Shown here piece by piece: positions 48,001 to 59,851 of a stretch of DNA of 64,000 nt. The stretch is from Strigamia acuminata (taxonomy: Eukaryota), in assembly GCA_949358305.1 (NCBI GenBank), contig OX442314.1:29264001-29328000 (forward strand). Reading direction: 5' to 3'. Made by a program: the position numbers and the translations under genes. Within the stretch, counting starts at the first letter, position 1. Each line of letters begins with the position of its first letter. The notes beneath the pieces were generated by a model. The model was not told the DNA's origin and did not search any database. It saw only the letters and a program-made list of their open reading frames with translations.

Positions 48001-50439
48001 ATGGCGTCCTGGGAGGCGATTCCAGAAGGTGCAATTATTAGACTAAACATCTTCCGTGGAAGGATCCCGGACAAGATTCAAATAGTGTTCAAGCGACTAG
48101 GATATGACGCTTGGATAACTCGGAAGTGGCTCACCAACCAAAGCAAAAAATATTGGGGGACCACGAAGCGAATCTGCCATGGAGACACATTGGAAGCGCA
48201 CGCCTTACGTCAAATCATATCCGAACTGGAAGACCCGCATGGACCCATTTTCAATGAGTTACTGGCGGAATTATATCCAATGGTTTACGAAGAGGCAAAG
48301 GATTATGAAGTGTATTGCGACCCGACAACAAATCGGCAAAAGTTTGCCAAGCGAGTCATGGCGAGGATCAAGGCGGAAGCTGGCCCAGTAGCAGCAGAAT
48401 TTATAGTCAAACAACAAGCTTTTTTAGAAGAGCAGGAAAAGCTAGGAGGCCCGCCTGTGACGTCACCACCCGAACATTTCGCAAAAACGCAGACTCAGAT
48501 GCATCAATTGCATCTAACTGGAGCCGTGGGGAATCGAGTTGCAAACACCAACCGAAATCGACCGCGCAGACGATATGCTCCAACTAAAGCGATGAAGGAT
48601 TGGGAACGTCTCGAAGATCAGCGCGCGAGAAGAAGTCGACATTCTCCCATCGAGTGGCATGAAGAAGCACGCGAAGTCACGCCACCAAAGAGAGCAAAAA
48701 AATGCAGAAGGTCGCATAAAAAGTCGAAGGCACAACGCGAAATTACTCTGCCGATGTCAAGAAAGGATGCACTTTTAATCAAAATCAAGGGCACCTGCGA
48801 CCCCGACGAGCCCATCATCCCGTTGGTTGAGTGGGACGACTCGTGGCAAGAGGATTTCGTGATTGTCGACGAGGCAGAAGAATCGGAGTATTCGTCGGAC
48901 GCAGGGAAGGAAGCAGTCGCTACAGGAGGAGAAGACTCGTCGGTGTTCCAGAGTCCAGCACCACACAAGGATGTACCTGACACTCCATCACCACGGCCAT
49001 CCTCACCTGAGGAAACGATGACCATTCAGGTACCAAGCTTGACTCAAGAGGCATCAGTAGAGCTGGAAGCCCCACCTCCACCTCCCCAATTGCAAGAACT
49101 GATGGCGCTGAAAGTCAAACCACCTAAAGCGAAAAAGAAGCCAAAAATGTTGCGTCCGAAAAAATCGATTGAACGTGATCGTTTGAAGGAAAAGAAGACG
49201 CCAGCTGTAGATCCACACACGTTGCCAATGGAGGGACCCATTCCACTGATGGACCACTCGATTCCGGTCCCAGAACTCGCATTGTGCCCAGGGGAGCAAC
49301 CAATGAGACCCCAAGAAGACTATGACAAGGATTTCTACAGATTGTGGCGCAGCTACTTGAAATACCCGCTGAACACCCAGAAACTGGTCCTCACAAATTT
49401 GGATGGATATCAGGCCGCCCAGCTCAATGAAGCGGTGAACGAGATGAAGCGTTTGGCCAGGGAATTTGTGCAAGTACCACTGAGGGAGCAAACTGAACGC
49501 TGGCTGCAAAAATTCCAGAAGAAAACAGTGAAAGTGCAGCAACGCCTACTGTTTCCGGGGTTATTCTACACCGATGAGGCGTCGTTCATAGGCGATACTG
49601 TGTTGTATACAACGCCATTAGGAATTCCGCCTGAAATGCTTACCAACTGGAAGTCAATCCTCTATGATGCGGTGTTGCTTCGGAGCAATTTGGTGTATGC
49701 AAATTTGGCGAATGGAGAGACATGCAATCAGAGCGCAACACGTCTGAGACAGGAGTGGACGATGAGGTTGGAGGAAATGGAAAAGCGTCGAGACTCGCAA
49801 ACGTTCGGCGCACAAGCTTGTGCATTGTGGAGACCTGCGGGGGCCCCATTTAGACCAAAGGCAGCACCGACAGTTGCAATCGCCCCTGCCACCACGGCAT
49901 TTGCTCAAGTCAGCCGCCCTTATGTGACATACATGCCGTCAGTCACCTATGTGCCAGCAGTGTATCGGGCGCTGACCTCAACCACCAACGCGACAGAGTC
50001 AGGGATCTGTTCAGTGGGGCCGTCCGCCAGCGGAAAAGAGGAAGTACAAACCGTTTCTATGATCCAAAATATGGAGTACGGCAAAATCAGGTACTATTAC
50101 CCCAAGTTAAAGTTTTCCGATGGCACGAGAGCTTTGTTAAAGAACAGCTCCACTCTTTGCAAAGAGGCGTTTAAATGGCTTGAAAAATCTGTGCGCGAGT
50201 TGCAATACCGATCGCGTCATCGCCAACTCATTGCAGTACGCCGAGCCCCGAGCAGCGAGGAAGAGAAATTCGAAATGAATTACGACCATGTTCTCAAGAA
50301 GACGGCAGACATTCGTGACGTTTGGTTACACGTCAATACGGGGATGATGTCTGGCCCAGCCCGCGGATTGCCAAAGTTCTCAATTTCCGAGAATGCAACT
50401 CCCGTGGCTATTCCTGAGACGAAAGGGGTTGTTTGGTAA
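48001..50439 (+). CDS. Extra ORF3 of Gypsy-2, 812 aa, unknown function, not Env-like
   Basis: Intact ORF between pol and the PPT; Kozak GCCATGG; no obvious signal peptide or TM helix. Confidence 0.85.
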   Translation: MASWEAIPEGAIIRLNIFRGRIPDKIQIVFKRLGYDAWITRKWLTNQSKKYWGTTKRICHGDTLEAHALRQIISELEDPHGPIFNELLAELYPMVYEEAKDYEVYCDPTTNRQKFAKRVMARIKAEAGPVAAEFIVKQQAFLEEQEKLGGPPVTSPPEHFAKTQTQMHQLHLTGAVGNRVANTNRNRPRRRYAPTKAMKDWERLEDQRARRSRHSPIEWHEEAREVTPPKRAKKCRRSHKKSKAQREITLPMSRKDALLIKIKGTCDPDEPIIPLVEWDDSWQEDFVIVDEAEESEYSSDAGKEAVATGGEDSSVFQSPAPHKDVPDTPSPRPSSPEETMTIQVPSLTQEASVELEAPPPPPQLQELMALKVKPPKAKKKPKMLRPKKSIERDRLKEKKTPAVDPHTLPMEGPIPLMDHSIPVPELALCPGEQPMRPQEDYDKDFYRLWRSYLKYPLNTQKLVLTNLDGYQAAQLNEAVNEMKRLAREFVQVPLREQTERWLQKFQKKTVKVQQRLLFPGLFYTDEASFIGDTVLYTTPLGIPPEMLTNWKSILYDAVLLRSNLVYANLANGETCNQSATRLRQEWTMRLEEMEKRRDSQTFGAQACALWRPAGAPFRPKAAPTVAIAPATTAFAQVSRPYVTYMPSVTYVPAVYRALTSTTNATESGICSVGPSASGKEEVQTVSMIQNMEYGKIRYYYPKLKFSDGTRALLKNSSTLCKEAFKWLEKSVRELQYRSRHRQLIAVRRAPSSEEEKFEMNYDHVLKKTADIRDVWLHVNTGMMSGPARGLPKFSISENATPVAIPETKGVVW

Positions 50440-50479
50440 AGATGTCGGTTTTGGGAAAACCTCCCAAAAAGAGGGGAAG

Positions 50480-51899
50480 TGCGGTGGCCCGGGTGCCACC
50501 GGGAAATTATGTTTTATTTTATTGCTTCGGAAACAAGACAATTTCGAGCAAAAGGAAATAAACAATTCCGAATTTTATTTATTTAGTGCATTTAGCAAAA
50601 GTTTGCTTTATTTTATTATTATTTTGCATTTTTATCTCGAAATAAGTTAATTCGAGTTCAAGGTCATTATTTTGTATGAAAACCGAATAAAATATATGCA
50701 TTTGAATTATAAACCAGTTGAATTTATTTTGAGTCTTGAAAGTTGCCAAAATTGGCAGTTTTATTATTATTTTGTGCCACAAAATGACAGCAGCATAATT
50801 GAGTAATTAGTAGCTATTTTTAGAACTCTGCCTGTCTGCAGAAAACAGCTGAGCGGGAGGTTGCCAGGGCAACCCACCCACAAGCTAAGCAATACAGGAA
50901 GTGTTTCCTGCTAATAAGGAAATTTAGCAGAAACACTTCAGTCTTACTTTGAAAACCTTGTTGAAACCACCACGTGAAATTGCATCCAGAAAAACCTGAA
51001 AACTCTGCTGTGATTTTGTGGCTAATTTGCCAAGATTTTTAAGACTCATCATTTTCTTGTAATAGTGAACCCACTATTACGAGATATTTTCTTGTGATAA
51101 CCACATTGTTATCACGAGAGCCCGTTTCTTGCAACAACCTGCTTGTTGTTGTGAGATTTCTTTCTTGTCGCTAAACAGGCGACGAGATATTTGTATTTTG
51201 CCAAGTTTGGCGACCCGCCGTCAAGGTCGTCACTCGTGCCGGCGTGCCGAGTGAGATCCGAGTCGTGGGTGTCGTCCAAGTTGGATTTGTGTAACGTAAC
51301 CGAGACGTTTTCGCCACCGTCACGGTCGTCTGTCGCGCCGTCGTGCCGAGCAGAGACCCGAGTCGTGTGGGTAATCGTTTATCGAGGTGAATTAGTGGTG
51401 AAGGTGCGGACGTTTGTGAGACGTCGCGTTTGAAGAAAACGTCGGGAAAACGTTCCGTCGGCGTACGAGAACGTTCCACCAACGAGACGGAGTCGAGAAG
51501 GAGGAAATCCAGCGCCCAGCCGTCGCAGGATTTGGAGAAGAACGCGCCGAGACGAGGACCGAAAACCAGCGTCTTCGCCGCCATTTTCCTATTTTCCTAA
51601 TTTCGATAAGTATTTTGTTTAGTATTTTGATTATGTTAACGGTAAAACGTAAAGTTAAGTAAGCTTTGTAGTTTCGTATATTATTTGTAGTTTTGTGATT
51701 TATTCAAGACTGAGAATAAATCTCTATTGGGAGTTTTTAAAAGAGAAAAACATTTGTATTCTTTGAAATTAGTTAGTTAGTTAAATTCACTTAGGCCAAT
51801 TAGACTAAATATAAATTTTAGTGATAGTGAGTTTTGTAAGTCCTATAAACGGCAATCCATAGTGAGTCAGTTTTAGTAATAAGATTCCGGTTCACTACA
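50480..51899 (+). repeat. Gypsy-2 3' LTR (1420 bp)
   Basis: Starts with TG directly after the PPT; AATAAA at 51715; ends CA followed by the TSD. Confidence 0.85.
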
Positions 51900-52138
51900 A
51901 AGTGTCATTTCAGAAGAATTTAGTCTCTCGGTTTGTATTTTAAGACATTAATTTTTCAACTACTACTACTGTAATATAATATTTTACCTATTGTGTTGTG
52001 CTATTATAGACTTTACCCATATATATTTTTATTCTTAAAAATTGGCAATACCACTACCCGAGATTCTATAATAATATATAATAATAGGATAATAATATAC
52101 CTGTAGAATAATAGTATAATAGTATATTATAATAAAGT

Positions 52139-52247
52139 TTAGTATAGTATAGTGTAGTATAGTATAGTATAGTGTAGTATAGTATAGTATAGTGTAGTAT
52201 AGTATAGTATAGTGTAGTATAGTATAGTATAGTGTAGTATAGTATAA
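52139..52247. repeat. (TAGTA/TAGTG)n microsatellite
   Basis: Pentamer repeat visible directly. Confidence 0.9.
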
Positions 52248-52379
52248 TAGCACAGTATAATAGGATTGCACCAAATTTGGCTATGCGAAATAAAATTTAT
52301 GCATTTATCCTCGCTGTAACACGCATTACATCTTTTATTACGGTTTTTAAATAGTTGTACCAAATATTTAGTTTTATTT

Positions 52380-53323
52380 TTACACTGGATATCCGTAAAC
52401 TTCCAGTTCACATATGGAAAGAATATTATAATCCGGTAAATCACATTCGGTACAATTACGAACTATTTGAACACTCAGATATTGACCAGCGAGACAAGGT
52501 GCGCAAGTGAGATTAAAAACGTGTCCTTTTTCGAAACCGCCGCCTTCAATTTCGGAACACAAGTCGTTTCGAGAGAATACTTCTCCTAATTCGTCTTCAA
52601 CGTGGTTTCCAACTCTGACTTGCATATCGTGGTATCTATCGGCTAAATTCAACATCCGTATGAATTATCGTTAAAAAATTATCGATTTTTTGACAACACA
52701 TTTCCAAAATTCCAAAGCACTCAATTTTTAAATGTGGGAAAATCAAGAAAAAGGATTTTGAGTTTGAGGATTGAGTTTATTTTTGCTTTTTGGAAATTTA
52801 TTCCCAAAATTAGCATAACTTGTTACTTATTTTTTACGCACCACAGCAGGGATCGTCCCGAGAATAAATCACAACTTCCGTGACGACATATCGTTTTCCA
52901 AAATCGAGCCGCAGCCATGGAAATTTTTCATCTTCTACAATATGTTCAGCAGTGTGTGAACACGTTTCACCGGTCCAGAACTTCTGTTCTCTATTTCCGT
53001 CTATTGCCAGACTGGCGTTTCCACCGTGTTTGTAATTCGTGCTTTGGAATGCTGTTGAACATCTTGCTACATTTCTTACTGGGCCTAATTAACAAATTTA
53101 AACAAAAATATATCTGTATGCATATCCAATTTCGACATATCTTACTATATTGTTGATAAGGACACGCCTGATAATCCATTGGATGAACTGTACAAAAATA
53201 AAAAATAAAAAATCTCAAACAAATGTATAAGATTTTAAAATATATTTATAACGTGCCGCAAAGATCATTATTGTTTTCCAATTCTGCCGAAACTAAACTC
53301 AACGTTCCCAGACAAAACAGCAT
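52380..53323 (-). CDS. F-type lectin (fucolectin/tachylectin-4-like, single FTP domain), probably secreted
   Basis: Exons ~53323-53255, 53187-53146, 53084-52842, 52642-52380. Motifs NVARCSTAFQS, ASLAIDGN, CSHT, PWLRLDFG, SRDDPCCADR, GQYLSV, ICELEVY. Start and first donor are uncertain. Confidence 0.88.
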
Positions 53324-53357
53324 ACGCTGTAGATTCTGAAATAGAAAGAAAAATGGC

Positions 53358-53609
53358 AGTGGCTACTTTCATGTCCGACATGAACGTATTATTTTATTGA
53401 CGCGCCGTGATTGGTTGAGATCTATTGATGTCGGTTCGTTTCCAGGTTTTATCTTGTTTTTTTCTTCTATGCTCCCCTTGACCCCCCAATCCTAATCTTA
53501 TTCGTTTTTAGCAACATAAACTAAACCGAGACTTTTCATCAATGTATCTCAACCAATCACAGCGTGTTATGAAAATAATACGTTCCTGTCGGACATGAAC
53601 GTAGCCACT
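53358..53609. mobile_element. MITE-like inverted repeat (~60-bp imperfect TIRs)
   Basis: AGTGGCTACTTTCATGTCCGACATGAACGTATT...AATACGTTCCTGTCGGACATGAACGTAGCCACT; no clear TSD. Confidence 0.65.
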
Positions 53610-55361
53610 TTGAAGAAAAATATATGAAAGAGGCAACAAAAGTTTTTTTTAAGTGGCAGAGTGTGACCACTTGGCCACCTAAGGGTGACCTGTGTCATTA
53701 CCACACACCGCCCAATGGCCCCAAGGTCACCCATCCTTACAGAGTGGGATGACCCAGTACGGGAAGGAAGGAGCTGAGTGGTGTAGGGAGAGAGAAGAGC
53801 GCTGGGTCTCAACTGAGACAGGTATGAAGTGAAGTCCTGAAGCCAGCAAGAGCAGTTGTGCCTTGTGCTGACTCTGCTCTCCTCCCTATTTACTACTGCG
53901 ATGCTAAGTGGTGAGATGTATCCACCACAGCCTCCATCAGCGGTTGCATGGATGAGTACAGCAGAATAGTTATGTCCAACTGGTCACGTCATTCATTTGC
54001 ATCCCTCCCTGTGTGTAACGGGTCGGTTGCTGGTGTGGCGTGCCTTTACGGCACAGCCAACACGCGGGTAGACGGGAGACTCCAAACCCTAGACGAGATT
54101 AAAGGCCAACAACCCAACAATCTGGAGTCCTTGTCTTATTTACGTGAGTATGCATCCCACCCTATGGTAACCAGTCCCCAGGCTGCCACAAGAGTCGTAA
54201 AAATTTCTAAATCCAACACTCAAAATAATCAGTAAAACGCCATTGTACAAGTAATGCTAAGTAGGACCATTGATAGCTGGCCTCAGTGAAAAAATAATTT
54301 TGGGGTCTAGGAGCCCACGGTCCTACTCTGCGCTAATCCTTCCTCCTCTCTGTTTACCACTGTGACGCCCAGTAGCCTGGCATGTTTGAGTTTGCAGCCT
54401 CAATGACCATGGGCCGTAGGTAAGTACTGGGGTGTTCTTCACCCCCAACTTTGACATGTGTGTTACAGTTTGTTGATGTTATCTGTGAGGTCACCATATG
54501 TGGGGCACTCCCTTGTTAAAACGTAAGCAATAAAGCAGCGAGCATCGTCTAAAATCTGTCTCTCTATTTCTAACATACAAAATGCAACTACAAAACACTC
54601 CACGTACGGCAGAGCAGTTTCAGTATTCTGACCACTATACATGGGTCTTCCAGCTGTGTGCAGGGAATCAGTAGCTATATGGCATTCCTTAGGGCCCAGC
54701 TAGCATGTAAGCAGATCTCTAGACAACACAGTTAAATCTCTAAACTATCATTAATTTGGTGTCTCTTCATGTCTCTGTGAGTGCGTGTCAAATATTAGGA
54801 AAACCTGACCCTAGACTTGCCTCACTTATATAAAAAACAAGAAAAAAATATTTTTACCTGTAACTGTGGATGTATTAACATTTTCAGAAAGTAGATGCTT
54901 GACAGCCATATAATTTCAAGAGAAGCAAGCATTATAAAGTAAGCATTATATATATTCTTGTATACACAAGTATTTTTATGTTGATGATTCAGCTGTATGA
55001 TTTTTTTCAAATAGATCTACTCTCAATTGAATTTGTCTACTATTATATTGCCAGAAAAGTTTAATCTTCTTATTGCACAACCATTACTTTTTTCTTTTAG
55101 TCAGCTGAGTTCCATGACGCTAATGGAAGGATACAGGTGCGAGACAAAACCGACTCAATGTTTAGAACATTTGGATGAATAAATGTGAGAACCGAGACTT
55201 GTGAAGATGAAGCGACTAATGAGTTTATTTCAGGCTGAATAATTTTAAGGAAGGGTTGGGCAATGTACAAGTGCAAAGTACAAGAATTCGTTTTTCGATA
55301 TTATAAGAATGTAGCGATATTAATCGATAATACATTTAAACTACACTAGCGATATAAACCT

Positions 55362-56789
55362 TGTGACGATTCTACCTTTTCAGGATATTTCATATCCTTT
55401 TTGAGATAAAACTAACCTACCGAAATAAGCTAAACTAACTACATGTGTGCGTGCCAAGTGAAAATACAATGCGAATAACTTACAATACAATATCGATAAT
55501 TACTAGTGTTTATTAACAAAGAGTCCGGGTTCTAAATACACGTGAAATAGCGGGTGGCAACGTCTGGCTGGATGTCCTGGGCGGGCCGAGGGATAGGGCT
55601 GACTTTCTGCATCGTCACAAATAATAATTAGAGCTAGGCCTAACTTTTAGGTCTATGTAACAATATCGCACGGGGATGCGAAGAATTCTTCGCATCGTTA
55701 TTGATCATTGATAATGATCGAAGAATCGAGAATCTACCGATTCTTTTAATACTTCGGAAAATATAATTAAAACTGTTGGCGGGGCTTGTCACAATGGCGC
55801 TCAACCATTGTGGGAGGAAAACCTCCAAACCGCCGAAAGATGCCTTACGACCGAAGGATCGCGGGATCCATGGCCGGGTGTTTTTATACACGACAAGTCG
55901 CTGTCAGTGGTACCAACCACCAGGTATTTGTTTAAGTGCGAGGTTAACGCGTCGGTGGTACCAACCACCGGGTATTTGATTGAGTGCAAGAGACTTGCGT
56001 CGGTAATACCAATCACCGGGTAAATAATTATGGAATTACCAAGCCAAGTCAGTTTGTTGGGTCTTGCTAGCCGAGTATCCAGCAGGGCCCAACAGGACCG
56101 GGTATTGTTAGTTTGTATACGACGTGTCGTAGTCGGTCGCTACCAACGACCAGGTAATTGTTTAACGCAAATATTCGAGATATTTGCTCACGGGCTACCA
56201 ACCCGGAGTTTCGCAAGCTGTCGGTAAATGATCCATTCACCGTACTATTTCATACGGACGGACCTTCGTCGCAATGTAACAAGTAAATGAAACAAGACAA
56301 CGAATCACCCTGGAGAATCCCCAACCGTGCTGCAATCGCAAGTCACGAAACGTTGGGGCGATTCCTCGGTTTTACAGATAAGATACAAGACCAAACAGAA
56401 AACCAAGAGAACCTTTTATCTGGTGGAAAACCAGAGCTTAAATAGTTCCAGAGAACAGAAGGATTAGTGATAACCAATCGGACATCAGAATCCATGGATT
56501 TGCAGGTCACTTTGGGATTAGCGAGTCCGGACTTTACTTAGAACTAGGTCCACAAGAACCCAATTGGTTCTTTTCAGCGGTAAATATTAACATTAAATAT
56601 TGATTCAATGGAATCAATATTACTTATAATAAATACTTTATTATGTTTTAAATAAATATTTTATATTTATTCACGTCATTTATAACAATAAATTACACTT
56701 CTCGTAGCTCTTTCAGAAATACGAACTTTTAGTGCAAATAGCGCCATCTGGCGGTAAATCGCCATTTATACGGTTTTATAACCGTCACA
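55362..56789 (-). mobile_element. Solo LTR, 1.4 kb, similar in architecture to 8312-10222
   Basis: TGTGACG...CGTCACA, 4-bp TSD ACCT, internal GTGGTACCAACCACC repeats. Confidence 0.72.
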
Positions 56790-57078
56790 ACCTGTATAAA
56801 ATTATTATTGTTTATTTTCCACAATAAACTCATGTTTCTCTAAATTTATTTATTTCTTGTTTTTTCCTCTTGCTGTTGACTTATTTAAGTAATCCGAATC
56901 AGGTTTCACGTCTAACCCGATCAATTTCAGGTTTTACGACTACCCGAGAAATGTCAGGTTTTAGAGTCTGCCCGCTCAACGTCAGGTTTTCCAAAGACCG
57001 AGTTAATCCCATCTGAACAAAGCTAATTCAGAAATATAGCAACAACTCCCAACCCTAAAAAAAATAAAATCAAATAAA

Positions 57079-59378
57079 ATGACTTCAAGATCCGTTGTGG
57101 ACACGGAAGTGATGACTATCAACCGGTTTGTAATGGAGAACCAACGGAAAACTAACTCAACGGGCGAATTGACTCAACTACTCAACGCAATTCTAACTTG
57201 TATAAAAGCCGTTTCGGAGTACGTTTTAACCGCTGGAATAGACAAACAGTAAGCAAATAAAATAAAAATCCAAACAAAAAATACAACTGATTCTATTGCA
57301 TCCAGGTTAAACGATACATCCGGGTACGATTACCTGGACAAACAGGCCAATAAACTCTTCATAAACCTGCTTCGCTCGTCGTTCACGACGTGTCTGATGG
57401 TGTCCAAGGAGGCGAAGAATCTGATCGAAGTCGCTCTCAAAGACCAAGGCAAATACGTGGTTTGTTTTGACCCAATCGACGGGTCCGCCAACATCGACTG
57501 TCTGGCTCCTGTCGGCTCCATTTTCTGCATCTACAGACGGGTATTATCGTTGAATATGTTTGAATACTTCAATTTTAAGTCGGTTGATTTAAGTTACCGG
57601 ATCCGCTGCCAAATTCTTGCGTTGTCGGTCAACCGTGTCCGAAAATATGGCCGACAATAGAGGACGCGTTGCAGCCTGGGCGCAATATTGTTGCAGGAGG
57701 GTACGCGGTTTATGGGAGTTCGACTGTTGTTGTGTTGTCGACGGGTCAAGGAGTGAATGGGTTTTTGTTGGATCCGGTAAGATGGGGTGATGATTGTGGG
57801 TGATGGAGATTTGATTTTGTTTGGTTTTTTAGTCGATAGGGGAATTTGTGCTTTGTCTGCCGGATATACGGATCAAACAGAAAGGACAATGGTATAGCAT
57901 CAATGAAGGACATGCGAATACATGGGATAAAGCTGTGACGCAGTATATACATGAGAAGAAGTTTCCGAAGGTATTGCAAATTTCGATGTTTGATTCTCGT
58001 GGTGGTGGATTTGTGTTCGAAGTGTACACAAGTATGGATTAAGGATTTGGGAGGCGTATGACAGGGGGGATTATGGATATTCAGGAGTGACATCAATTTT
58101 GAAGCAAAATAAATGCATTTGCAGATGGAAAATGCGTTTTGGGGTGATAGAATTGCATTTTGAATTGGAAAAATTTTCTTGGGAATATTCGGGTAAAATT
58201 TTCATGTGAAAAGAAATGCATTTTCAGACAAAAATAATTGCATCTTCAGACAAAAATAATTGCTTCTTCAGACAAAAATAATTGCATCTTCAGACAAAAA
58301 GATTGCATCTTTAAACAAAAAAATTGCATCTTCAGACAAAAAAATTGCAGTTTTTGACAAAATAATTGCATTTTTTGACAAAATAATTGCATTTTTTGAC
58401 AAAATAATTGCATTTTTTGACAAAATAATTGCATTTTTTGACAAAAATATTGCATTTTCAGACAAAAATTGCTTTTTCTGACAAAAAAATTGCATTTTTA
58501 GACAAAAAAATAAAATTGCATTTTCTGACAAAAAATTGCATTTTCTGACAAAAAATTGCATTTTCTGACAAAAAATTGCATTTTCTGACAAAAAATTGCA
58601 TTTTCTGACAAAAAATTGCATTTTCTGACAAAAAATGTTGCAATTTCAGACAAAAACTTACATTTTTATCTGAGAAAATGCATTTTATACGGAAACAAGG
58701 ACCCTTTAGAATCGGGTGGTTCAGTGCATTTGCCCTCTTGACCCCCTCCACCTCCTTAATCAGGCCCTGGGTACACCCATGGACAAAAAAAATATTCCTG
58801 CACTACAGGTGTTTGAGCAGTGAGCACACAAACCATTCAGATCTAATGCCATCTGCATTGGCCCAGTCCATTTTCTGGACAGTTTTGGGACCAGGCAAAA
58901 CACGGACGTCATTGAACACCACTGATTCACAAACATCTGTCCTGCAGAGAATTTTTTTGGTATCTTGGGAGTCAACTGTACTATACGATACTTAGTCAGG
59001 TAAACCATACATGGCTCGATACATTGGATCAATGGTGGCAGATGTTCATCGTGTGCTCATGGAAGGAGGAATTTTTCTATATCCGAAAATTCCACAAAAA
59101 GTGAGGCGGAAATTGCAATTTTTCAAACTGCACCATCTAATGATGATTTATTGCAGTTGAGCTTGATTTACGAATGCAATGCAATGGCGTACATCATAGA
59201 GCAAGCTGGTGGGAAAGCGACCACCGGTGACGCGTGGGTTCTGGACGTCAAACCACAAGCTCTTCACCAGACCACGGCTATCTACTTGGGTTCGGCGAAC
59301 GATGTCGACGACGTGGTCACCTTGTTTGAAAAACAGAAATCTGCGGCGAAACTGGCGGAAAAGAAGTTTTGGCAATAG
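57079..59378 (+). CDS. fbp: Fructose-1,6-bisphosphatase class 1-like, divergent (350 aa, 6 exons)
   Basis: Exons 57079-57248, 57306-57540, 57594-57776, 57833-57970, 58996-59100, 59157-59378. Motifs [41 protein letters not shown]. Confidence 0.93.
58217..58652. repeat. Intronic minisatellite, 20-22-bp unit TGCATTTTCTGACAAAAAAT
   Basis: Tandem array visible directly. Confidence 0.9.
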
Positions 59379-59851
59379 TGCGATTGATAATATTTAAGTA
59401 GTAAATATAAATAAATTTTAATGTCACAATGTTTGTATATTATTTTTAAACAAGTACAATAAATTACGTACAAAAACATGAGAAATCAATTTTTATTTCA
59501 GCCAATTTTCGTTTAACGTTGACAAATTTGTAATATCTATTAAAAACACTTTGTCCGTACAGTTCCTGAAAAGCAAAAGTCAGTTTTAATATATTTAGTT
59601 TTTCTTCAAGTATTAGTTGCATTCAATGTGAAACGTTTGTACTAATTAAATAATGCAGAAATATATTATTTGTACATAAATAATGCAGAAATATATTATT
59701 TGTACATAAATAATGCATTCAATAATACATCGCAAAACATTTCAATATAATTCCAATGTATTTTTGAACCATATGGGCCCACTAGAGTGGTTTTTGGTTT
59801 TATAAAAACACAAAACAAAACTTTGAATGCATCTATTGCAATTTCTCTTAC

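Larger units (their letters stand above)
38584..51899 (+). mobile_element. Ty3/Gypsy element 'Gypsy-2' with hairpin 5' end, gag, pol, extra ORF and 1.4-kb 3' LTR
   Basis: Termini TGTAGTG...CACTACA; 4-bp TSD AAGT; PBS TGGGGGCCTGTCC at 38801-38813; PPT AAAAAGAGGGGAAG at 50466-50479. Confidence 0.95.

Noticed and set aside
48001..50439. env gene
   Set aside because: No visible signal peptide, TM anchor or Cys-rich ectodomain
38584..51899. DIRS-like element, because of the inverted termini
   Set aside because: It has a protease, DDE integrase, PBS, PPT and TSD, and no tyrosine recombinase was recognised
53660..54820. Possible further solo LTR or non-LTR fragment
   Set aside because: Composition shift and an AATAAA are present, but no matching termini, TSD or coding motif was found
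55138..55361. Extension of the 55362 solo LTR to 55138
   Set aside because: Only the 55362 boundary gives a terminal inverted repeat plus TSD
58246..58751. ORFs in the FBPase intron and at 52035-52274
   Set aside because: Mini- and microsatellite translations
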